NCBI GenBank assembly: GCA_965648935.1
Contig: CBFGIY010000026.1
Coordinates: forward strand, 1 to 28,404
Length of the DNA stretch: 28,404 nt
DNA from: a candidate division WOR-3 bacterium
GTDB taxonomy: Bacteria; Hydrothermota; Tepidihabitantia; Tepidihabitantales; Tepidihabitantaceae
Direction: 5' to 3'
Of the stretch, positions 16,202 to 24,300 are shown in pieces; positions within the stretch are counted from its first letter, which is position 1, and each line of letters begins with the position of its first letter. The notes under the pieces are model-generated. The model was not told the DNA's origin and ran no database searches. It saw only the letters and a list, made by a program, of their open reading frames with translations. A program made the translations under genes and the position numbers.

Positions 16202-16241
16202 TTGACAGGCCGGGCCTATTTTGGTATTATGATACCGAAAT
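16202..16241 (+). promoter_or_regulatory. Promoter of the Rrf2-hcp operon with overlapping inverted-repeat operator
   Basis: TTGACA-N17-TATTAT with extended TG; ATTTTGGTAT-tatg-ATACCGAAAT (16218-16241, 9/10 arm match) covers the -10 box and reaches the start codon. Confidence 0.7.
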
Positions 16242-16689
16242 GAGCCAACCATACGGCGTATCCGAAGCGGCCAACCTTGCCCTGCACGGCATGGCCCTCT
16301 TGGCCCGAAACGGCCAGGACCGTTACCGCGTCCGGGAAATCGCCGCGCTGATGGGCGTCTCCGAGGCGCACCTCGCCAAGGTGCTGGCCCGGCTCGAGCG
16401 CGCCGGTCTGGTCAGCGGCCAGCGCGGCCCGGCCGGCGGCTACTCGCTGGCCCGGCCCGCCCGCGACATAACATTGAAGGAAATCTACGAGGCGGTCGAG
16501 GGCCCGCTGCAGTCCCGGCCCTGCCTGTTCGGCGTGCCGGTCTGTTCGGGCAATGGCTGTACCCTGGGCGGCTTCTTCGGCTCGCTCAACCGCAAGGTGG
16601 CCGACAGACTCGCCCGCACCCGCCTGTCCGAAGTGAAGGTGAAGTTCGGAGGAAAAGATGCCCACCACGCGCAAGATAATCAGAATTGA
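16240..16689 (+). CDS. Rrf2 family transcriptional regulator with 3 Cys (Fe-S type, NsrR/IscR-like)
   Basis: EIA..MGVSEAHLAKVL..L.RAGLV...RGPAGGYSLARP..DITL.EIYEAVEG; C-x6-C-x4-C. Confidence 0.93.
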   Translation: MSQPYGVSEAANLALHGMALLARNGQDRYRVREIAALMGVSEAHLAKVLARLERAGLVSGQRGPAGGYSLARPARDITLKEIYEAVEGPLQSRPCLFGVPVCSGNGCTLGGFFGSLNRKVADRLARTRLSEVKVKFGGKDAHHAQDNQN

Positions 16690-17509
16690 CGAAGAGAAGT
16701 GCACCGGCTGCGGCCAGTGCATCCCCAACTGCCCGGAAGGCGCCCTGCAGGTCATCGACGGCAAGGCCCGGCTCATCTCCGACCTGTTCTGCGACGGCCT
16801 GGGCGCCTGCGTCGGCAACTGCCCCGAAGGCGCGATGACCGTGGTCGAGCGCCCGGCCGAGCCCTACGACGAAGCCCGCGTGATGGCGGGCATCGTCAAG
16901 GCCGGGCCCAACACCATCGCCGCGCACCTCAAGCACCTGAAGGACCACGGCGCCTGCGACTGGTACAACGCCGCAGTCGCCTACCTGAAGGAGCGCGGCA
17001 TCCCCGTTCCGGCCGAAGAGAAGTCGGACTGCGCCTGCCAGACCCTGGCCTGCGGCTGCCCCGGTTCGCAGGTGCGCGAGCTTGCCCCGGAGCCGGCCGA
17101 ACCCTGCTGCTGCGGCGGTGTTGACGACACGCCCGCGCGCGCCTCGCGTCTGCGCAACTGGCCGATCCAGCTAACGCTCGTGCCGGTGTCCGCACCCTAC
17201 CTCAAGCACGCGGACCTGCTCATCGCTGCCGACTGCGTCGGCTCGTCCCACCCGAACTTCCACGACTCGCTCGTGCGCGGCCGCGTCCTGCTCATCGCCT
17301 GCCCCAAGCTCGATGACGCCCAGGCTTATCTTGCCAAACTGACTGCCATCTTCCGCGAGAACGCGCCCAATTCCGTGACCGTGGCGCATATGACTGTGCC
17401 CTGCTGCTTCGGCCTTGTCCACCTTGTCAAGCAGGCCATCGCCGCCTCAGGCAGGACCACCCCCTACGCCGAGGTAACGGTCGACACCGACGGCCGGGAG
17501 GTGAGGTGA
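16658..17509 (+). CDS. 4Fe-4S dicluster (ferredoxin) domain protein with Cys-rich C-terminal domain
   Basis: CTGCGQCIPNCP, CDGLGACVGNCP, GCPGS, L.NWPIQL.LVP, LLIAADC, IACPKLD, MTVPCC.GL. Confidence 0.9.
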   Translation: MPTTRKIIRIDEEKCTGCGQCIPNCPEGALQVIDGKARLISDLFCDGLGACVGNCPEGAMTVVERPAEPYDEARVMAGIVKAGPNTIAAHLKHLKDHGACDWYNAAVAYLKERGIPVPAEEKSDCACQTLACGCPGSQVRELAPEPAEPCCCGGVDDTPARASRLRNWPIQLTLVPVSAPYLKHADLLIAADCVGSSHPNFHDSLVRGRVLLIACPKLDDAQAYLAKLTAIFRENAPNSVTVAHMTVPCCFGLVHLVKQAIAASGRTTPYAEVTVDTDGREVR

Positions 17510-17847
17510 ACCCCGTCACGATTCAGACCGCTCCCCGCGTGCCTGGCACTAGAGGCTTCGACGCCCACCGCCTGCACGCCACCGACCACGTCGAGGTCAT
17601 CCACATCGCGCTCGAGCCGGGTTCAAGCCTGCCCCGGCACTCGGTCGCGGTCGACTCGTTCTTCTACGTGCTCGAGGGCACGGCCACGGTCGAGCTCGAC
17701 TCGGGCCGCGTCGCCCTCGAAACCGGCGCGCTGCTTGCATCGGCCGCGAACTCGCCGCACCGGATTGTCAACGAAACCGCGGGCCTGCTGCGCTTCCTCG
17801 TCGTCAAGACGCCGAAGCCGGCCGCGCCCGCCCGAATGCTGGAGTAA
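17506..17847 (+). CDS. Cupin domain protein
   Basis: LEPGSSLPRH, FFYVLEG, PHRIVN, LRFLVVKTP; GTGA overlap. Confidence 0.88.
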   Translation: MNPVTIQTAPRVPGTRGFDAHRLHATDHVEVIHIALEPGSSLPRHSVAVDSFFYVLEGTATVELDSGRVALETGALLASAANSPHRIVNETAGLLRFLVVKTPKPAAPARMLE

Positions 17848-17869
17848 CCCGAACCCAAGGAGGAACCAG

Positions 17870-19522
17870 ATGGGTATGTTCTGTTACCAGTGCGAGCAGA
17901 CCGCCAAGGGCACCGGCTGCACGGTGCAGGGCGTCTGCGGCAAGGACGAGCGCACCGCCGTCCTGCAGGACCTGTTGATATACGCGACCAAGGGCATCGC
18001 CCAGTATGCCCACCGCGCCCGCGCCCTCGGCGCGACCGACCCCGAGGTCAACGCCTTCACCGCCGAGGCGCTCTTTTCGACCATCACCAATGTCGACTTC
18101 GACCCCGAGCGCCTGCACGGGATCCTGAAGCGCGCCGCCGAGATGCGCGACCGCGCCCGCAAGCTCTACGAGGACGCCGCGAAGAAGGCCGGCAGGCCGG
18201 TCGAGACCATCTCCGGCCCGGCCGCCTGGCAGCCTGCGCCCGACATCGCCGGCCTGGTCGAGCAGGGCCGCGACAAGGGCATCCTCAAGCGCCACGAGCT
18301 GTGGGGTGACGACACCGCCGACCTGCACGACCTCGTGCTCTTCGGACTCAAGGGCACCTGCGCCTATATGGACCACGCCCACGTGCTCGGGTATGACGAC
18401 GACAAGCTCTACGCCGAGCTGCACCGTATCCTCGACCTCCTGGCCCGGGACAAGCAGGACGCCGGCACGCTTGTCAACGAGGCTCTCGCCACGGGCAAGC
18501 TCAACCTCGGCGTGATGGAGCTGCTCGACAAGGCCAACACCGAAACCTACGGCCACCCGGTGCCGACCCCGGTGCGCGTCACCCCAGTCAAGGGCAAGTG
18601 CATCCTCGTCTCCGGCCACGACCTGCGCGACCTCGAACTCATCCTCAAGCAGACCGAGGGCAAGGGCATCAACGTCTACACCCACGGCGAGATGCTCCCC
18701 ACCCACGGCTACCCGAAGCTGAAGGCCTACAAGCACTTCGTCGGCCACTTCGGCACCGCCTGGAACAACCAGCAGAAAGAGTTCCCCGACTTCCCCGGCG
18801 CCATCGTGATGACGACCAACTGCATCCAGAAGCCGCGCGACTCCTACTTCAACCGCATCTTCACCACCGGCCTCGTTGCGTGGCCCGGCGTGAAGCACAT
18901 CGGCCCGGACAAGGACTTCTCGCCGGTCATCAAGGCCGCGCTCGAGGCACCCGGTTTCCCGTCCGACGAACCGGAAAAGACCATCCTCGTCGGGTTCGGC
19001 CACAACGCGGTGATGGCCGCCGCGCCCAAGGTCATCGAGCTGGTCAAGGCCGGCAAGATCAAGCACTTCTTCCTCATCGGCGGCTGCGACGGCTCCAAGC
19101 CCGAGCGCAACTACTACACCGAGTTCGCCCAGAAGGTACCCAAGGACTCGGTCATCCTCACGCTCGCCTGCGGCAAGTTCAAGTTCAACCGGCTTGAGTT
19201 CGGCGACATCGAAGGCATCCCGCGCCTGCTCGACATCGGCCAGTGCAACGACTCCTATTCGGCGGTTCAGATCGCCGTCGCCCTCGCCAAGGCATTCGGC
19301 ACCGATGTCAACGGCCTGCCCCTTTCGCTCATCCTCTCCTGGTACGAGCAGAAAGCGGTCGCGGTGCTTCTGACCCTTCTTGCGCTGGGCATCAAGAACA
19401 TCCGCATCGGACCGAGCCTGCCCGCTTTCCTGACCCAGAACCTGGTCAAGGTCATCGTCGACACCTTCAAGCTGACCCCCATCACCACGCCCGACGACGA
19501 CCTCAAGGCCATACTCGGCTAG
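17870..19522 (+). CDS. hcp: Hybrid cluster protein (hydroxylamine/NO reductase, prismane)
   Basis: MFCYQCEQTAKGTGCT..GVCGK, ILVSGHDL, VYTHGEMLP, MTTNC, GGCDG, TLACGK, DIGQCNDSYS, SWYEQKAV; AAGGAGG RBS. Confidence 0.97.
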   Translation: MGMFCYQCEQTAKGTGCTVQGVCGKDERTAVLQDLLIYATKGIAQYAHRARALGATDPEVNAFTAEALFSTITNVDFDPERLHGILKRAAEMRDRARKLYEDAAKKAGRPVETISGPAAWQPAPDIAGLVEQGRDKGILKRHELWGDDTADLHDLVLFGLKGTCAYMDHAHVLGYDDDKLYAELHRILDLLARDKQDAGTLVNEALATGKLNLGVMELLDKANTETYGHPVPTPVRVTPVKGKCILVSGHDLRDLELILKQTEGKGINVYTHGEMLPTHGYPKLKAYKHFVGHFGTAWNNQQKEFPDFPGAIVMTTNCIQKPRDSYFNRIFTTGLVAWPGVKHIGPDKDFSPVIKAALEAPGFPSDEPEKTILVGFGHNAVMAAAPKVIELVKAGKIKHFFLIGGCDGSKPERNYYTEFAQKVPKDSVILTLACGKFKFNRLEFGDIEGIPRLLDIGQCNDSYSAVQIAVALAKAFGTDVNGLPLSLILSWYEQKAVAVLLTLLALGIKNIRIGPSLPAFLTQNLVKVIVDTFKLTPITTPDDDLKAILG

Positions 19523-19535
19523 CCTCCTGCCGGAT

Positions 19536-19571
19536 GCGCGGGCTGCGGTCTCCTGCCGCAGCCCGCGCTTT
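19536..19571 (+). terminator. Intrinsic terminator of the hcp operon
   Basis: GCGCGGGCTGCGG-N7-CCGCAGCCCGCGC 13-bp stem followed by TTTGCTT. Confidence 0.75.
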
Positions 19572-19596
19572 GCTTCGCGGTGCGAACTACAGGCAG

Positions 19597-19624
19597 TTGA
19601 CTGCGCCGCCCGCGCGGCTAATCT
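19597..19624 (+). promoter_or_regulatory. sigma70-type promoter
   Basis: TTGACT-N16-TAATCT, 9 nt before GTG 19634. Confidence 0.6.
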
Positions 19625-19633
19625 TGTGCGAGC

Positions 19634-20404
19634 GTGACAACCCTATCTGAGCATACCCTCATCCTGCTGCACGGGATGTTCGGCCTCCCCGACATGTGGG
19701 ACGCCAGCCTGCCCAGCATCCCGGCCGACTGGCGCGTGCTTGCCCCGGAGATGCCGGTGTTCGACGGCGCGCCCCGCCACATCGGAGTCAGCGGCCTGGT
19801 CAGCTTCGTGGTCGAGACGATGGACTCGGCTGCTGTCAAGTCCGCGGTGTTCGGCGGCAACTCGCTCGGCGGTCATGTCGCGCTCCAGCTTGCGCTCGAC
19901 CATCCGGAACGGGTTGCCGGTCTCGTGCTCTCCGGCAGTTCCGGCCTGTTCGAGCGCAGCATCGTCAACGACGTACCTCGCCGGCCGACGCGGGAATGGG
20001 TGCGCGAACGGGTGCGCGAGGTTTTTCTCGACGCGGTCCACGTCACCGAGAAACGCATCGACGATGTGATGGCCGTGCTCGGGGACCGGCGCCGCGCCCT
20101 GAACCTGCTCAAGGTGGCCAAGTCGGCCAAGCGCACGCATCTTGGCTCGGTCCTGCACCGCATAACCTGCCCGGTCCTGCTCGTCTGGGGCGCCGACGAC
20201 TTCGTCACCCCGCCCGAGGTCGCGCGCGAGTTCCACGCGTTCATGCCCCAGTCTGAACTGCACTTCATTCCCGAGTGCGGCCACGTCCCGATGATCGAGC
20301 GGCCGGCCGAGTTCGGCCGCCTGCTCAACTCGTTCCTGCGCCGCGCCTTCGACCCGCCGCCCGCGCGCCCCGCGCCGCTCCAGCTCTCGGCCCCCTCGGC
20401 CTGA
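19634..20404 (+). CDS. Alpha/beta fold hydrolase
   Basis: LLHGMFG oxyanion motif, GNSLGG nucleophile elbow, WGADD acid, CGH His. Confidence 0.92.
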   Translation: MTTLSEHTLILLHGMFGLPDMWDASLPSIPADWRVLAPEMPVFDGAPRHIGVSGLVSFVVETMDSAAVKSAVFGGNSLGGHVALQLALDHPERVAGLVLSGSSGLFERSIVNDVPRRPTREWVRERVREVFLDAVHVTEKRIDDVMAVLGDRRRALNLLKVAKSAKRTHLGSVLHRITCPVLLVWGADDFVTPPEVAREFHAFMPQSELHFIPECGHVPMIERPAEFGRLLNSFLRRAFDPPPARPAPLQLSAPSA

Positions 20405-20432
20405 GCCCGGCAGGCTGCTGATTCCGGCCTGA

Positions 20433-20951
20433 CTAGTAGTTGGAACGGACGAACGCCGCGTCAACCATCCGGCCGAAGCGCAGCGTGTTGACAAGGCCGA
20501 GCCTGAGCGTGCGCAGGCCGGCGAGGTTTGCGAGGTTGGCCAGCTCGTCCGTTGCCATTCCCGAACGCCCGGCCGGCTCCCGGCAGCGCAGCTCGCCTGC
20601 CGGGCGCAGCAGCCGCGCGATGCGCTCCATCACGCTCTGCCGCTCAACCAGGCCCATACGGGAAATCGCCCGGTCAGAGAAGATGATGTCGAACTCGCCG
20701 TCAGGCAGGTCCATCGTGCAGAAGTTTCCGCCCGGCGTGCTGACGTTCGGCCGGCGCCCGAGCGACGCGCTCCTCAGACTGGCCAGACCCCCGGTCGAGT
20801 CCACGCAGGTGACCCTGCCGCCTGCCAGCCGCGCGGCCGCGCACTCGGCCAGCGCGGTCGGGCTCGGCCCCATCACCAGGACCCGTTCGTCGCCTCTCAG
20901 CTTCTGGTCCGAGATGTAGCCCGCGCAGTAGCCGAAATCCATCGGGTTCAC
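20433..20951 (-). CDS. Class I SAM-dependent methyltransferase-like protein with degenerate motif I
   Basis: LRGDERVLVMG, GRVTCVDS, DLPDGEFDIIFS, IARLLRPAGEL.CREP. Confidence 0.7.
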   Translation of the reverse strand: MNPMDFGYCAGYISDQKLRGDERVLVMGPSPTALAECAAARLAGGRVTCVDSTGGLASLRSASLGRRPNVSTPGGNFCTMDLPDGEFDIIFSDRAISRMGLVERQSVMERIARLLRPAGELRCREPAGRSGMATDELANLANLAGLRTLRLGLVNTLRFGRMVDAAFVRSNY

Positions 20952-20957
20952 GGCGCC

Positions 20958-20985
20958 AGCATAGCGCGGGACGCTGGCCGGTCAA
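20958..20985 (-). promoter_or_regulatory. sigma70-type promoter
   Basis: Minus strand TTGACC-N16-TATGCT, 6 nt before the GTG start. Confidence 0.65.
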
Positions 20986-21029
20986 CCCGTCGCCCGGCCA
21001 GCGCTGGCTCGGATGGGACAGATTGACTA

Positions 21030-21057
21030 TTGACAACTGACCGGGCCGCGTTATAAT
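21030..21057 (+). promoter_or_regulatory. Perfect-consensus sigma70 promoter
   Basis: TTGACA-N16-TATAAT. Confidence 0.8.
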
Positions 21058-21063
21058 ATGCAG

Positions 21064-21379
21064 CAAGTTGGGTTACAGCTTGTCTGATAGCTGAGAGAGT
21101 GCTGGCCGCGCGGTTTGTCTGCGTCGGTCAGGGTGGGTTCGTGACAGCCGAGCGCGAAAGCCCGGTGTGCCCTTCCGACAGCACACAAACCCGCCGCCAA
21201 CCAGCCGTTTCAGCCGCAGGCCTGACCGGACGGCCCGTTGCCGCGCCGGAAACGGCCAAAGAGCAGTCTGTCTGGTCGTGGGGACGAACCGGGCAGCCTG
21301 AACGGGAAGGTCCTGCCCCGGAGCGCGGGCAGGAGTGAAAAGCCGGGCGTCTGCCCGGCGGGATATACGAAGGGGTGTT
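21064..21379 (+). ncRNA. Candidate structured 5' leader or ncRNA, family not recognised
   Basis: ~315 nt between the promoter and ATG 21380; nested complementary segments give a ~160-nt rod, a 3-way junction and two hairpins. Confidence 0.4.
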
Positions 21380-24300
21380 ATGTACTCCAGGTCAATGACC
21401 GCAACGTTCGTGCTCTGCGCCGTGTTGCTGGCTGTGGGCATTGCCCCGGCCGCGCCCGGCCCCAGCCAATCGGTGCTCTGGGCCGAAGGCGGCCTGTTCG
21501 GCCGCTGGCAGCCCGCCGACGAAGTCGTCGAGCTGCGCACCGAGCATTCCAAGACATTCGACAACCGCGACGGCACGTTCTCTCTGCTTCTGTCCGGGCC
21601 GCTCCATCGCCTCGACAGCCAGGGCCGGTGGGTCGACCTCGACGAAGCGGCCGTGCTGGCCAACGGCGGCGCAAGGGGAGCACTGCTCACGGGTGCTGAA
21701 TCGACCCGGTCCATCGGCAACGGCCCGGGAATAGACAACCACATATGGGGCGCAGACGTGCCCTATTTCCGCTGTCAGTACCTCTACCTCTCGACCGAAC
21801 TGATGTTCAACGGCTGGATCACCGCGCTCGGTTTCTTCGGCGACGGCGACGGCGGCGGCGGAGACACGATCAACTTCGCCCGCCACTGGCTGAAAGACAC
21901 CAACTACACCTCGTTCGCGTCCGGCGCCTGGGACGAACCGGGCAACCTCGCCTGGGGCGAAGGCACGCTGCACATTGAGGAGCGCGCCGGCTGGGTGTCG
22001 CAGCGGCTCGACGAACCGGTGATGCACGTTCACGGCAAGAACCTGCTTGTGTCCTATTACCATCAGGACGGCACGGTCGAACGCTCCCAGTGGTACCGAT
22101 TCCATTCGACCGGGACCACGAACCGCGGCAAGCGCGGCCGCAGCAACTCGGTCAACCCGCCGCCCCAGACCGTGATGACGACGCGCGCCGACATCCTCAT
22201 CACCTATGTCCCGGTGTTCCCCGACCTGCAGACCGTGGCCATCCTTGCCCCGGTCGACACGGTCGCGCACCAGGCGGTCGTGACCCCGCGTGCCACGGTA
22301 CGCAACAACGGCCCGGTGCCGGCGATCAGCTACAGCGTCCGGCTCAACATCAACGGGAGTTACTCCAACACCCAGAACAAGACCGAGCTCGGCATCGGCG
22401 GCCAGACCACCATCAGCTTCGGCAACTGGACCGCCAGCACGCTGGGCGATTTCGCGGTCGCCTGCACCACGATGCTTGCCGGCGACACTGCCCCCGAGAA
22501 CAACCGCGCCACCGCAGCCGGATTTGTCCGCCGCCTTGACGCCGAAGCGCTCGAGCTGGTGACGCCGGGCGCCATGGTCGATTCGGGCGAGCGCATCGTG
22601 CCGCAGGTGCGCGTCCGGAACAACGGCAACACGACCGTCACCTTTCCCGTCCTGCTGACAATCAATGGCGGATACTCCAACTACGCCGGCGCGGTCAACC
22701 TCGGGCCGGGCGAGACCAGGCTTCTGAATTTCGCCGAGTGGACTCCTCCGACCCGCGGCAGCTTCACCTTCACGGCCACGACCCAGCTCTCCGGCGACCA
22801 GTCATCGGCCAATAACACGGTTTCCCGCTCGGTTCTTGTCCGCGTGCTCGATGTCGCGCCGGTCGCCATCACCGTACCCGGCGCCCAGGTCGATTCAGGA
22901 CAGGCCCTGCTGCCGGCGGTCACCGTGCGCAACCGCGGCAATACCACGATCCAGTGCGAACTGCGCGTCGCCATCAGCCCCGACTACTCCGCCGCCGTCA
23001 CGGTCTCCGGCCTCGGCCCGAACGAGAGCCGTTCGGTCGCGCTGCCGCAGTGGCTTCCGGTCCTGCGCGGCCCGGCATCGGTTGCCTGCACGACCTCCCT
23101 GGCCGGCGACATGGTCCCGGACAACGACGCCATCGGCGGCGCGACTTTTGTCGCGGTGCGCGATGTCGCGGTTCTCTCCATCGAGGCCCCGGCCTGCTCC
23201 ATCCCGGCCGGCCCGATCGAAGCCCGCTGCCGCCTGATGAACCACGGCAATATCCGCACCCCGGTGGCGGCGCGCTTCTCGGTCGACGCGCAACCCGAGC
23301 TGTTCGCGCTCATCGCGCTCAATGCCGGTCTGCCGGTCGGCGCCGAGACCACGGTCGTGTTCCCTGAGCTGGTCATACCGGTCGGAGACCATGTCGGCCT
23401 CTGCTCGCTGTACACCGCCGGCGACCAGGTCCCGGATAACAACACTCTTCAGACGCAGTTCTTCGCCGGCAGCGTTGACGTGGCGGTGGTCCACATCCTC
23501 GCCCCGCCGACCGCGGTCGACACCGCCGCCGCGGTCATCCCCGCCGTGCGTGTGCGCAACCACGGCACGGTCACTGCGCTGTTCGACGCGCTGTTCACCA
23601 TCGAACAGGACGGCGCGCTCGAGTACGAATCGCGCCGTCTCGCGCTCGCGGCCGACCCCGGCACCGAGCTCACCGTGACCTTTGACGAGTGGACCGGCGA
23701 GCGCCGTCCCGGACGCCACCTCGCCCGGTGCTCGGTGTACGCGACCGGCGACGAACAGCCCGCCAACGATACCATCAGCCGGACCGTGACCGTATTCATC
23801 GAGCTGGCGCCGCACGGCTGGACCGAACTCGCGCCTCTGCCTGCCGGCCGAACGGGCAGGCCGGCCAAGGACGGCGCTTGGCTCGCCTACGAAGCCTCGA
23901 CCGCCGGCATCTACGCGGCGAAAGGCAACCGCACCGGCGACTTCTTCCGCTATGACCCGGTCAGCCGCGGCTGGCTCGACCGCTCGCCGCAGCCCGCCGG
24001 CCCCGAAAACAAGCCGTCGGGCAAGGGTGCGGCCGCCTGCTCCGACAACAACGGCCGGATCTACGCTGTCAAGGGCAACGGCACCCGGGCATTCTGGTGT
24101 TACGATGTCCACGCCGACACCTGGCAGCAGCTTGCCGACGTGCCCGAAGGTCCGTCGCGCGCGCGGCTCAAGGGCGGCAGCGATCTGGCCTATGTCGACC
24201 ACGGCGACAGCCAGTATGTCTACCTGCTCAAAGGCAGGAAGAGCGAGTTCTACCGCTACAACACCGCCACCGGCGAGTGGCAGGTCCTGCCCGATGCGCC

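Noticed and set aside
21285..21360. SRP RNA, RNase P RNA or cobalamin riboswitch in the long leader
   Set aside because: Fragments such as GAACCGGGCAG, GGGAAGG and the reverse-strand CAGACGCCCGGCTT are suggestive, but the required cores (TCAGG..GGAAG..AGCAG; GAGGAAAGTCC; GCCACTG and B12 box) are absent.
21335..21379. GTG 21335 as start of the large secreted protein
   Set aside because: It has AGGA directly adjacent with no spacing and would put 15 extra residues before the signal peptide; ATG 21380 with AAGGGG upstream fits better.
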